Of a DNA stretch of 64,000 nt, positions 37,774-50,615 are shown one piece after another. This DNA is from Leptogorgia sarmentosa (taxonomy: Eukaryota): contig OZ210885.1 of assembly GCA_964658305.1 (NCBI GenBank), forward strand, positions 558,001 through 622,000. Reading direction: 5' to 3'. A model generated the notes under the pieces. It ran no database searches. It was not told where the DNA came from and worked only from the letters and a program-made list of their open reading frames with translations. Position 1 is the first letter of the stretch, and the number at the start of each line of letters is the position of its first letter. The position numbers and the translations under genes are program-made.

Positions 37774-40131
37774 TTATCTTTGTTTCCAATTACTCCTGCA
37801 TGGAGTACAACAGAGCAATTTCTTTAGTGTAGGTATCATCACTTTCATTAAAAGTTGAAATCCTTTTTTCCCAATTTTCCCTCTGCCAATATTTTCATGT
37901 CTATCGAGATGACAACCCAACTCCCCTTTAGAATCATTTAAATGTACACCTTTCAGATATTCTAGACCAATAATGTCACCAAAGTCATTCATCATCCCTT
38001 CATATCCATCTTTTGTTCTAAGGTCATAACCAGCAGCAAAAGCATGACAAGTGTCAAGACAAACACCTACACGAGATTTATCACGTACTCTATCAATAAT
38101 TCCTCTCAGTTCTTCAAATTTTCCACCAACCTATGAGTTACATTGACATCCTCAGTACAATCATACATGGGTAATGGAAAAACTATTGTACATATAAAAA
38201 CATTATACAGATAAATCTACTAATTATTGGTCATTTAGTGGCCGGTGGTTAAGGATGACTATATCCCAGAAAGCTCAGCAAAATAACTACTGTATCAATA
38301 TTGAAGTTTTGTTTAAAAGATTTTATCAATATATGTGCTGATTATTATATTTACAAGGAATTAGGTTACACGGTGGTAAGGATGTAGGATATTACGAAAG
38401 TGTAGGAGAATACATGGCAGGACGTATTCACGAAGGGACAAAAAACAGACGAGAAAACAACAATAGAGGGTAGTTAGGGAGGTTAAGTTGAATGCCTTGG
38501 AGGTTAAAAGAGGGTTTGAGCTTACAAATGAGAAGTCTTTCGTAAATCAATATTCAGAGTGGCCTGTAGTGTTTAGTGTTTTTGCATTCTTAACGTCCAG
38601 GGAGGCGTGTGAAAAAAGAATTACAGGAGAGAATTACAGTAATAGTTTACGTAGTTGCAAAAATAGATTAGTGATTTAAAAACAGGATAGATAATACAAA
38701 TTGAATAATAGCAATAGTAAAATATGTATTTATAAATAGTATATGCCTAGTAATAAACGTTACTAATAAAATCTTTACAAATTATTGTTTGATGGCTTCA
38801 TTAAAAGTTTAAAAGTTATATGTTGGGCTCTCATATTCATCATTAAGGAAGTGTAATACATACATAATTAAGAAATATGATGAACATATTGTTTTCTTCA
38901 TTATGACAGTATTCGGGTATTAAATATTATTTAAAGCTCTAAGAGTACTTTGTTTTCTCTTTTTCTCTATTGTACAATGTACGTTCCGTATGAACAAGCT
39001 ACACTAGCGAGTAAACAACTATCATGAACGATATGAATAATGTTTTTCACCAAAGAGATCGTGCACAAAAAGCTATGACATTACTGTTTCTTTTGGGGGG
39101 GGGGGGGGTGTGCAAATTTTTTTACGGTGGGTGCAAACATTTCTAGGGGGTGGTACCAAAAAATCCAGGGGGGAGCACACTCCCACCATCATGTTTTTTT
39201 TGCTCAATCATGCAAACTAACAGCTCCATAAAACCCAGGAGAAAGTAGCTGTGAAAAAAAAGCCAAATACTTGGGTTTTCCAACATTTTGCTATCTTATT
39301 AATCCACCTGGGGTCATAAAAAAGATGCAAATACGTAGGTCAATGTCATATAGGTCAATGTCTCTTACCTCCTTACTGCCTAAATGGTAATTCAACAAAA
39401 AGAATCTTTCTTACCGTGTTTCCCTGGCAACTCATATTTTCTAATACTGTCACGACAAACTTTGTCTGCTGATGTGCCATGTTAATACTTTCTCCTATGA
39501 GGTCTAAGCACTTCTCAACTGATATCTTTCCACAGGTGGACCCAGGGTGGAAGTTATACAATGTTAACCCCAGCATTTCACATCTCTTTAATTCATCAAC
39601 CAAAACTTGACGACTTTTGGTCAAAGTTTCAGGGTCAGGTGATCCACAGTTCATCAGGTAAATACCATGTGGTAAAATTTTGTTAGGAGAAAATCCAGAA
39701 TCTTTGCAAGTAGTTTTAAAAAGCTCCGCATTTTTTGGGTCTAAAGGCTTTGCAGCCCACTGTCGCTGTGAACGTAGAAACATAGCAAATGACTTAGCTC
39801 CGATGTCCAATGCACGTCGAGCAGCCAAATGCAACCCACCGCTTATGGAAACATGTGCACCAACATATTTCCCTTCTTTGGTAATTTTGTCTTCTGGTAG
39901 TTCGTGCTTCATTTCCAAAAACCCTTCATCTTTTTCTTCTTTTATTTCAATCGTATTTCCTAGTTGTTGTTTTTCATCGTGTGCAATCTCATCGGATGTC
40001 TCAACTTTCATTTTCTTGTCAAGATTTGAACGTTTTCTCTTTGAAGGCATGCTTGATTTATTAGGTGATATTTCATTTTCACACGCAGTTTCGCCAGCCC
40101 TCTTCGCAATTCTCGTGCTTCGTCGAGACAT
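37774..40131 (-). CDS. APN1: Endonuclease IV family AP endonuclease (APN1/Nfo) with apparent C-terminal deletion and frameshift
   Basis: complement(join(37774..38130,39415..40131)). Motifs VGAHVSISGG, LPHGIYLMN, YNFHPGS, VLENM, GVCLDTCHAFAAGYD, VHLNDSK, DRHENIG; basic N-terminal extension. The ETP motif is missing (see findings). Confidence 0.85.
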
Positions 40132-41327
40132 GAGGAACTAGTGATGTACTTCAAAGGATCAGAAGAAGTAAGAAGGTCGAAAACCTTTGAAAATTTTGCA
40201 AAATTTACGAGTCAATTCTCAAAAACAAGGTCGACTATATTTTAAAAACACCATGTGCATCGAGCCTGCGATATTCATTGCCGTAATTTCTCGAATACTT
40301 CATGAGATCAATACAAAATTGACCATAATAAACATTTGTCTAATTTTAAGATATTAAAATGTGACGTTTTCATGTACCCAGTTTTTCTAATGCGACCTGG
40401 CAAAAAATGATCAACTACGCATGCTCAGCAAGTTAGTCGTCATCCAATCAGATGCACGCATCAAGTAATTTGCCGAGCATGGGCACAAATAGTGGGTACA
40501 GTTATACCTCTGCATGGAATTACTCTGAGGTTTTGTCTTTTTGAGTTTTTCACAACAATGTATTTTACTGTACATCGTCCGTCCATTCGTCCAAAACTAT
40601 TCATTTTCTTAAATATACCCACCTGGATAGATTTCTGACAATATTTAATTAACTTGTTTACTAAACCTCTGTCGATTCAAATCTCGATTTCAAACTTTGT
40701 TAAAAAAGTTGTGAAAACTTTTTTTGAAAAAAATTTTGTTAATTAACTAATGACAAAAAAACAATCTCACTCCCCGGAACATGGCGCCTTGCCACAGGGG
40801 ACTGGGACGTCCATTATTTCTATGGATCATACCCCCACCCCCACCCCAGAATGCGTCAATTCACTAGATCTGCTTCAAAATAATATCACATAATTATATA
40901 GTATATTGAACCATTGTTGGCATATTAGTTTTCAACACAAAATACAATGATTTATTACAGTTTAATTAGTCAGTAAAATGAGATAAAAATCATTAAAGGA
41001 CAAAATCATGGACGGCAGCAACTGAGAGACGATGATGTATACTGAGCTACTATTCATTCGAGGCAAAATTATAAATAAGACCTAATTTTATATAGCTACA
41101 GAACTCCGAATACCAAATTTCAATTGATATATCAAACCAACCAGTATACGTACATCGATCCTAACCATTATATCATTTTAATGTCTGCATATGAAAAATC
41201 AGCAAACTGATAATCTGTTCCTTCCTGTGTTTTTGAAGTTATAAAAATAGGACGTCAAGTTTTAAAAAAATGCATGAATCAGCTAAATTACAAAATACAA
41301 AAAAGTGGTGATTGCTTTTCTTCACAT

Positions 41328-42269
41328 CTATCTTCTATTTTTGTATCTCCTAAAAAGAAAGAAGAATAAAAATTAATGAAAAATTAACAAAAAAGAACGG
41401 TAGGTATAACGCATTTACTGGAAATGCAAGAGAGAATGAATGATGTATTATATCCATTGATTCTGGAAATATTCTATATGTGTTCGTCATCTGTGACAAA
41501 CCTCAGTGAGTGCAATATAAAATGGGGCTGATTCGAAAAGTATATTTGGACCTAATGCTTGTTCCCAAGGCATATTATAGGTGGGTCCGGAGGTATGCTC
41601 CTCCACATTTAGAGAAATCTCAAGAACGACATTTGAGGCAAGTGGAAACAGTCCCTCCCAGTCCCCTCCCTGGCAACAACTGTGTGTGCGTTAAGGTTAC
41701 TGCGCACTTACAAGGCGTAGATTCCACAGCCAGCAAGAATAAGGAGAATGAGAGAGAGCCCCAACAACACGCCAGCCACCGAAATAATTATAATCACTTT
41801 GTCGTTGTAGTCATCATCTGATTCGGCTATAACAAAATGAAATAAACGTTCAACATTAGTCGCAAGGCGTCCGTGTACAATCAGTTCATAATTTATAATT
41901 GATGGGTGCCCGAACTACGGTGACATGGATTTTGTCTGGGGACCAACCACGCAAACCAATAGGCAACCTGCCCTTCCAACACTCGTGCGCCCTTTGCCCC
42001 CCCCCCCCGCATTCTAATTGATATGCGCCTGCGCAGACAAATATTGCGCGCGCAGAAGTTCTCATACCATTTGGTACCGTTGCTTGTCCAGAATATATGT
42101 AAATACTGGCAAACGTAATTTTTCATTGAATAAAAAGTAAATAGTAAATGAACAGAAATTTCAGTTCTGTCACTAATCCACAATGAAGAACAATAGTAAT
42201 GTTACCTTGTACAAAATTGGCAGCGAAAAGGAAAGCCAGTGCCAAGATGTATGAAATTTGACGCAACAT
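41328..42269 (-). CDS. 66-aa type I single-pass membrane microprotein (3 coding exons)
   Basis: complement(join(41328..41349,41712..41826,42206..42269)): MLRQISYILALAFLFAANFVQA ESDDDYNDK VIIIISVAGVLLGLSLILLILAGCGIYAL RYKNRR*. All four splice sites are canonical and phases match (1,2). Confidence 0.75.
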
Positions 42270-45200
42270 GATGGAACAACTAGAAAATAAACACAAACGC
42301 TAACTTAACCTTTGTTCTGATTTTGCTGGACCAATTTTAGCGTACCACTATAATTAGCATTTCTAACGAAATCCACCCTAGAAATCAACCACTATTCTGA
42401 GCATTCTTGAATACATTAATCTATATCATTATAATGATTATATTGCTGGGTTTGACCACAGTAAATATTCATTCACCTTGGAAACAGCATATAGCACGAC
42501 AAATTATAATAACTCGATGTTTCTAGAACTTCGACCAAAGTCTGTATTAAATCAAGATAATCAGAGTTGTGGGAAATGTTTGATTCATTTTACCAATGCT
42601 CGATGTCAGTAAAGAAGCATGCTGTTCATAGTTTACATCAAGACGCAACAAAAGTTTTACTCATCTATCATCTAAACGATACAGTATAAGATTTGATTTT
42701 GAACAAATATTGAATGTTCAGATCTCGAATGCATATTCGAATCATCAGATCTTATGCATTGTATCGCTATAGGTAGTGGGCAAAACTTTGGCTGCTTGCA
42801 TGTTGATTTTGTTATCATGTACCTACTCCAAACAAAGTCTGATTGAAGTTTGTTCGTTTTCATGCTTGCACTTTATTTGCAATGCGAAAAAAAGCGATGG
42901 TCAAATAATTTCCTATATTGTATGGATACCAAGGAGTACTGGTATACATCAAAGTTTTTAGCCTACTCATCGAGAACATGCAATTTTCCACTCCAGTCGG
43001 GTTGGGTGGCATTTCTGAAAAATAGTTTAAATTCCTAAAGATGGTACATCCCAACTATTTATATCGAAATATTGTATTATTTTAGTAGCCAGAAACAACG
43101 ACTTTGCTGGCGAGAAACGACAACTTGAAACGACAATTCGAGAAACGATAACTTAAAAATTCCACGTACCATAACCATGGGATTATACACAGGGAAGGAA
43201 ATCAAAATATAAATAGTGCCATATTTGTTCTAGAATCCTCGGATATATAATATTATATATAATATTGTCAGTTATATTGCATTCACATATGTTTTTTGAT
43301 AAAAATTTAGTTAACATTGCTAGCTAAAATGGGGCAAAAGTACCTCACATATATAAGTAGCTACGAAATGGTGATTGTACGAATAGTAAATACTGTTATG
43401 ATATATGCATACAAGTATACTTTAATTACTACAATGTATACATAAGAGAAGATATTGGCTTTACTGTTCCAATATTATATCAAAGTATACTTGACAATAA
43501 GCAACTTTATCAAAACAAACGATTTATTGATGCCCTTGGTGTTGATTTAAGAAGCGCACAAACACGTAATTTTTGCCGTGTACGCGGAGCCATTTGATAA
43601 GCAATCAAAAAAACTTGTTTGAAAGCACGTACGTTTTAGAAGGTTTTCATTCTTTACCAAACCCAAAAGGGATGCTATTGTTGAACTTCTCACACAAAAT
43701 AATCTGGTGAAAGGTGTTTAGTTCAGCTGCTTGAATCGACAAAAACTTCTTCTACTTTAAAGTATTATTTACATGGCGTGCCTTCGCGTTGTCATTAGAT
43801 TAACATGATGGAAGCAAATATTTACTAAATCAATTCACAAAGGCGGTTGTAGCCAAATGTTTCAAAATAAACGATTAAGAAACCACTTACTTGTAAAAGA
43901 AGAACTGGACGTGTAGTGCCAATATATCGTCGAAGTCTGTCTCTGTCGGTAGATATATTTTACTGCATCAAGAATTTTCTATCCACTAAATTTTTGCAAC
44001 TCATTACACGGCTGATTGGTATACTTTATTGTGCGTATAAAAGACTAACCAGTGGGAGGTTAAACTTTAATTGCCTGCAAGATTTTGGCTTTTGTCAGTC
44101 ACATATTGCCGATGGCAAGTTCAAATCTGGACGCAAACAGAAGGTTCATATGTGATAAAAAGTACGAAAAAATAAGCCCTATATAGTTGGAATTTGTTGG
44201 CTCGCCCAGATATAGCCTAGACCTTATTGTTTGATAGTAAATGGTCATTGCAATTGCTTTTCAAGTGTTTTGGCATATTAAAATAATCGTCTTGACTCTT
44301 GAGTGCAACTTTAAATATGATAGCGCTGTAAAAACAGATATAAAATAATTCAAAGTCATTTTAATTTCAGTGAACAGTTTACGAGGCTAGTTTTCGAGCC
44401 TAGCTCTTTACTTTGCAGTTTTTCATATGTCTGTAAGTACGAAGGTTTTAAACCTTAAATAATAAACAACATGGAGTACAATGTTTCAAATCATTGTCTA
44501 GAAGTGGGGAGGGGGGGGGGGGAGGGGTGAGGTACTGCAGTTATGGGGGGTTGTCCGAGCAATTCGGCTATATTTCGTATATATATTCCGAGCGAAAGGT
44601 GTAAATCGCAGTTGTTGTTTCAGGGGCCTGCAGCACAGGTACATAATTATGGTGACCAAAAAATATAACAAATTATTAGTAATTGGTATTATTCTTCAAA
44701 GATTATTAATTTTATTTTCAATTCCCGTTTAAACTTTACCTATTCATATCTTCACTATTCTGACTTATTTACAATCAGAAGATCTATAAAATATTTCGAT
44801 GCTAGAGCACGGGCGTGATGAAATCTCAGTAACTTTCGTATGGGCGACATGCCTCGTCATAAACTTAGAGAGAAATTAAAAGGGATGCTTTTCAACAGCC
44901 GAGAGAAATTTAGCATGGGTAAATATGTTACAAAGATATCAAAAAGCGCAGTGCTCTGCATGTCATATAATTTTTCATTTTTAAACCATTCTGAAATTTA
45001 CATTCCACTATCAACGATATTTGAAAAGGGATAATTTAGGAAGCATTCGGTTATTTCACAAAGGGAGTTGAGTTACGATGACAATAATCAAATTGGAGCG
45101 CGGACGTTAGGGAATGCGAGTGTTTCATCAGGGTTTTCAAACACCAGAACAATATAACTCACGAGGCTGCATGCTCTCTGAATTCAAACGATTGAAAATT

Positions 45201-45742
45201 CAATCTCGTTGGGATTGTTCTTACGGACCAAACATTTTGTATTGAAAATCAATCCTACGCGCGATTGAGAGAAAAATCAATCTAAAGAGTGACTTTTCAA
45301 TCAATTTTCAATCGATTTTTCGTCTCCATCGTTTCATGCACAATTTTTCTAAATTTTCAGTTCATTACATGGATTTCAAAGAACGCCAACGACTAAACGA
45401 ATCGAGAGCTTTGTACCTTTCCCGGTTTTAAAGTTCAGACTTCAAGGTCGGTTGTTCGTAGCTCATGCGATGCATGAGTCCAGAATATCATCAAGCAAGT
45501 CTAACACAATGGAATATTCTTTGATTCAAAATCAAATTTTCCGAACTGAAAAGAACTTTTATATCATGCATGTATGCAACTACATATTCATGTAGCGTTT
45601 AAAGATCAAATAAACAGGGGCGTAATTTTAAATTTGGCATAATCTAATGTTCATTGTCAACGGGCTACGAACAACCGTTCTCAGTTCAGAAACATTATTT
45701 AGCAGGTATTATCCTGAACCAATCAAACTAGGTACTTGCAGT

Positions 45743-48700
45743 CTAAAGACATGACAATCTCTCAACATGTTCATGAACGGCGAGAGAAACATCAAACCTG
45801 CGTCCCTGAGATTCGCGTTTTGAGAGTTCAGTCAACTTCCTGAAAGCTTCGACAGTCTTGGGATCACGATTACCATGGATCTTCTCACAAACTTTGAAGA
45901 CTTCAAAAGCATATTCCGTTGCTATGGAGAACTTTTGGTCAGCGATGTAGACCATCTTGAGGTTATGTAAGCTTGTGATGACTTCAGGATGCCACGACGT
46001 GGCCGAGTGCCGATGCCGAATACGAAGGGCCTGGATATGACAATATTCAGCCGCTGCAAGGTCACCTAAAAAGATCATAATGTTATGGGTAAGATAATTG
46101 AGAACAGCAATGTGCTTCTTAAGGGCTTTGTATGCAGGGTCTTTTTAAGAAGGCACTTACAAACATGGACCGCGTCGTTAATTTGTTGGGTGAGAGTGCA
46201 TGGATGAGAGTTGCCAGCCATGCACCCAACGTTGCATGACTGCAGTTGTTTTTGATGCTTTGCTAGGTAGAGCCTCAAATGACACCATAGCAATGCCCGA
46301 CTTTTACCCTCATTATTAGTTGACTGAGGTTTACGAACTACAATTACAACATCCGAGCACACAAGTCAATCGATTTTGGCAAAGTACTCGATCCATGCAG
46401 AAATTAATTAATGTAGAAGAATTTAGATATTTCTGCAGATTTCTTGGACAGAAATTGCACAGAAAATGGTACGACATACAAATACAGTACGTATCCAAAG
46501 TATTCAACGACCTAGTTTTTGCAATCGCAGATGGACGAAAGGATTTTTATCAAAGTAAATGAACATACCCTCGTCATAATAAACTTCTCCAAGTTTGTTT
46601 TGTGAGCATGCCACTGCCAAATGGTCTTCGCCATGGACCTTCTTTCGTATATCCAAAGCTCTTGTATGATACTTGCGCGAGGCAGATAGATCTCCAAGCT
46701 TGTGGTAAATTACTCCGATATTATTCAAACTGTCAGCGACATCCGGATGATTGTCGCCATAGAGACGCTGGCGAATCTTCAAAGCGCGCTTGTGGATAGG
46801 TATTGCGCCACACAGGTCACCCTGCTCGTGGGAAATCTCAGCGATATTATTGAAGCTGTTTGCCACATGTGGAAAATCCCAGCCATAATTTCGACCTTTG
46901 ATTTCGAGAGCTTTCCAGTAATATGTTTTCGCTGTAGCCAGGTCGCCACGCTCATGGTAAACAGCCCCGATGTTGTTCAGGCTGGTTGCTGTCGTGATAT
47001 GCTCGTTGCCATGGAGCTGCTCACGCATTGCTAACGCACGGTAGTGCAATTCACTTGCTCGATCAAGATCACCTGCGATGCAAAAAGGAAAAGGATTCAT
47101 TTCTGAAAACGAGATCCGTATACTAGGCTATATTGAGACGCAGGAGATGTTAGTTTGGTACGCTATGTAGTTCTTCATTCTCGATATATGAGCAACTGAA
47201 ATATAAATAGAGTAGATAACTTTGACCCAAACCACTATTCTGACTCTGGCTTATTTCGGTTGCGCATATATCGAGAAAGGGCCGATATTTCAGTATTTCA
47301 ATTAGATAGATCGTGTTCACTTTATGACCAAAACTGCATGCGATGACGCACGAAGAACGTTTTGACAGATGAGATTTATTGAAAACATGAAAAAGCGAAA
47401 GCGATATAGGGTCTAGTAGCTTTTAGGGTCTAGTAGCTAGTACTTTTCGAGGGGTCAGTGGAACTTACTCCATTGATTGCGCTCTTGGGAATAGAATTTC
47501 ATTTAATATCACATTATTACACGATTGAACGATCAAAACATGGGGTACCATACAATCAAATTAAGAATAAGTTTTATACCTTGCGAAAGACACACCAGAC
47601 CCAAACTACTCAAACAACTTGCAATGTCCTCACTGACGCTACCAACTGCGATCGCCTTGGAAATCTTCAACGACTTGCTCAGATATTTGCATGCGTCTTC
47701 CATGCTTCCAGTCAAACGCAACACATTTCCTAAACTGTTCAATAACTGCGCGTATTCAGGATGAGTAATCTCATTGGCTCGTTCGAAAATGGAAATGGCT
47801 TTCGAGAAACAGCGCACTGCCGAGCTATAGTCCACCAAAAGGCAGAGGAATGCTTTTCCCAATTCATAATGTAGACTTCTTTGCTCTTCATACTCACGAA
47901 AGCTGAGATCGAGCAAATCCACGTATTGCATGATCTGGGGAGACATGACTTTGAATACTTTGGTGACGGACGTGTCATCCGCGTTCAACACGCAAAATTG
48001 GCAAAGTCTTCTTAAACGACGAATCATTCCTTCTGTTCTGATGGAAGGTGCAAATACATCGCACAGTAATTTATAAATGACTCCACTAATTGTAATGTCA
48101 TCGTTGGCGTAGACACGTGTTAATGGCGAATCCCGAACAGAGAATTCCACTTCTCTCTCTGTAATGTTCAACTCATTTGCAACAAACCGAGTAACAACAC
48201 TCAGCGGAAGATGAGATCTTCCCGCTAGTAACAGCAGATGGAAGCATTCCTCGATAACATTGCTACGTTTTATCACCGTCTCAATAACAGACTCTAGCTT
48301 AGAGCGTGTTGTTTCATTCATAGCAGCAATGTGATAAGGCCACTCTTCTTCTTTGTACCGACTTTTAATATTCTCCAACATTTCGGTCCATGTGTCAGCC
48401 ACGGACTTCTTCTTTTTTCCCGAAAGTTGCTTCACTCGTTTTGCCGCGGATACAAGAAGAGCTGGTTGAAAGTCTAATTTTTCAGACAGGAATCGAGCTA
48501 CATCTTGCGGTATGTTTCCTACAAGTAGCGATAGCAGCTGTGATGATTCAGTTGCGGTGAGCTTGTCCAATACAACTGGCACGGAGCACGGATTATTGTT
48601 CACCAAACTGCAGTCTTGCGTTGTGACGATAATTTGTCCCACACCTTGGTAAATACAGAATTAGATAAATATTAACTGACACTGAAATAGGTTGAACAAA

Positions 48701-50615
48701 TGCATCTAATGGAAGATAAAAATTTTACAGTATTATCTCCTTGGAAAGTCGGAAAATGAATTACCATTAATGCAATGAAATAATAGTCTATTCTGGTTGT
48801 TTTGTAATAGTTGCACACATGGCCGGGCATCGGAAAATTTTGATTTGATCATGTATGTTGGGCTAATTATTCATTGAAGCAGCATATCACTTGATATTGA
48901 ATGGAAAGAATCAACGGCGTGAATCCTGGGACCAGCCCAGTTCTTGGCTTGGAAGGGAACACTATATAAGTGTCTCCCTCCGCCCAGAGTAGTTCTACTT
49001 TCTGTGATATAGGTTCTACGGCCTTTTTTTTATCTAGTTTTTTTTATGGAACATTACAAATGTGAGGTCTTGTGAGACAGCTTTTACGGATTTTGAGCGA
49101 AAATATAAGCCATGATGTTCCATTAACAAAAGTCGTGTACTAAATTTGGAGAACGTAAATTAAGGTTGTTTGTGACTTCGAATTTCCGTCGCGTCGAATT
49201 TAGTCAATAATGAGATTAGAGATGACTTAACTCATTTATCTATTGTTTGTTTTCCATTATTTGGCGCCCAGTGAAAAATATCAACAAAAAACTATTATTT
49301 TACATTCTTTCGAGGCTGGGGAGATTTGTTATGCCTCTCCAGCTGATAAATTATATGAAAATGATCGATGGCGCGAAAGAACAACGAATAATAACTTTTC
49401 GGCGGGAAAATAAGCGAAAACATAAAAGGCAAACGAGTTTAAAACAGGTCTTAAAGTTCTGTTATCGTTACCTTCGTCTCCAGGTTGAGGAAGATAACTC
49501 AACAGTTCCTTGGTTTCCTCCAGCACTTGATCACAAATTATCAGCCATGACGCCAACCCTGATATTCTTTCCTTCACGAACAGCGAAAGTATTTCAATTT
49601 GAGACGTAAGAGAAGCTTTATGAAGAGGAGGGAAGTTCGTGTGGTGGTATCCAAGTCTTTGTGCGAATTCGTGAAGCGAGGAAACAAAATTTTGAAAACT
49701 GTCACATCGAATCGTTGCAACAAAGGACTTGTGTTTCGAAAGAGCTTGACCGATCGCCCTGGCGCAGTCTGTCTTCCCTGACAGCGGTTCTCCAATTAGA
49801 ATAACGGATGATATTTTATGGCTGTGCATAATTCTGAGATCAGTTAGAGTCTTCACGGCCTCGTCAACTTGGCGGCGTTGAATGATAGGGTGATTTGGTT
49901 TGTCGGGTAAAATTACAAATGGCGCGAGAGAATCGTCTTTGTGAAATGATAAGTTAGAGTAATCATTGTACTCTTCGTCACTGTCAACAGGATACGTCTT
50001 GTTCTCGAGGTTCAATACTCTGTCTTCAAGATTACAGATCCTTCGATCAAACTCTAGTTGCATTCTCTTTTCAAATTCTAATTTCTCTTGCAATTCGTAA
50101 ACTTCCTCCGTTGAAAATGAATTCAAATTCTGAACTTGTTTCACTGGGGAAGTATCACGACCGAGTCCAAGGAGTGCTTGCAGTAATTTATTCAAGATCA
50201 CTTGAAAATCGGACGAAGTCACTTCTCCTTTGCTCACATGAGCAAAAGACTGGTTTCTAAATTCCCGTAAACTGTTCACATGATCACGAATTTCAGGTTC
50301 TAAATTCCCACCGATCGACGAAGAGTAGAGCAGCCCGTAAAAAAGCATTGTACAATCCCAAAACTGAGTGTCTCCATTTTGCATGGTATTCAACAATTCC
50401 TTGTTACGTTTTTTGTTGGCAGTCGATTCCATTGAGACAAAGTCGTGGCCATTTCTCGCGGTGTTACACCAGCGTCCATGTTGGCTGGAACAAAGTAAGT
50501 TCCACTGTTGAATGAAGACCTCTCGCAATTCGCACGGTAGCACATTCGTAGCAAGATGACAGACACGGAAGAAATTGAGTTGGTTTTTGCTAAAACAACA
50601 TTTATCTTCTCCCAT
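45743..50615 (-). CDS. DZIP3-like HEPN + coiled coil + STAND/NB-ARC-like NTPase + TPR repeat protein (1011 aa, 4 exons)
   Basis: complement(join(45743..46065,46569..47072,47580..48644,49472..50615)), all introns phase 1. HEPN NFFRVC..WDCTML..LREFRNQSFAH; Walker A GEPLSGKT; Walker B WLIICDQV; IIVTTQD; 42-aa TPRs (A.SLNNIG.VY...GDL..A..YH.RAL.IR). Confidence 0.85.
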
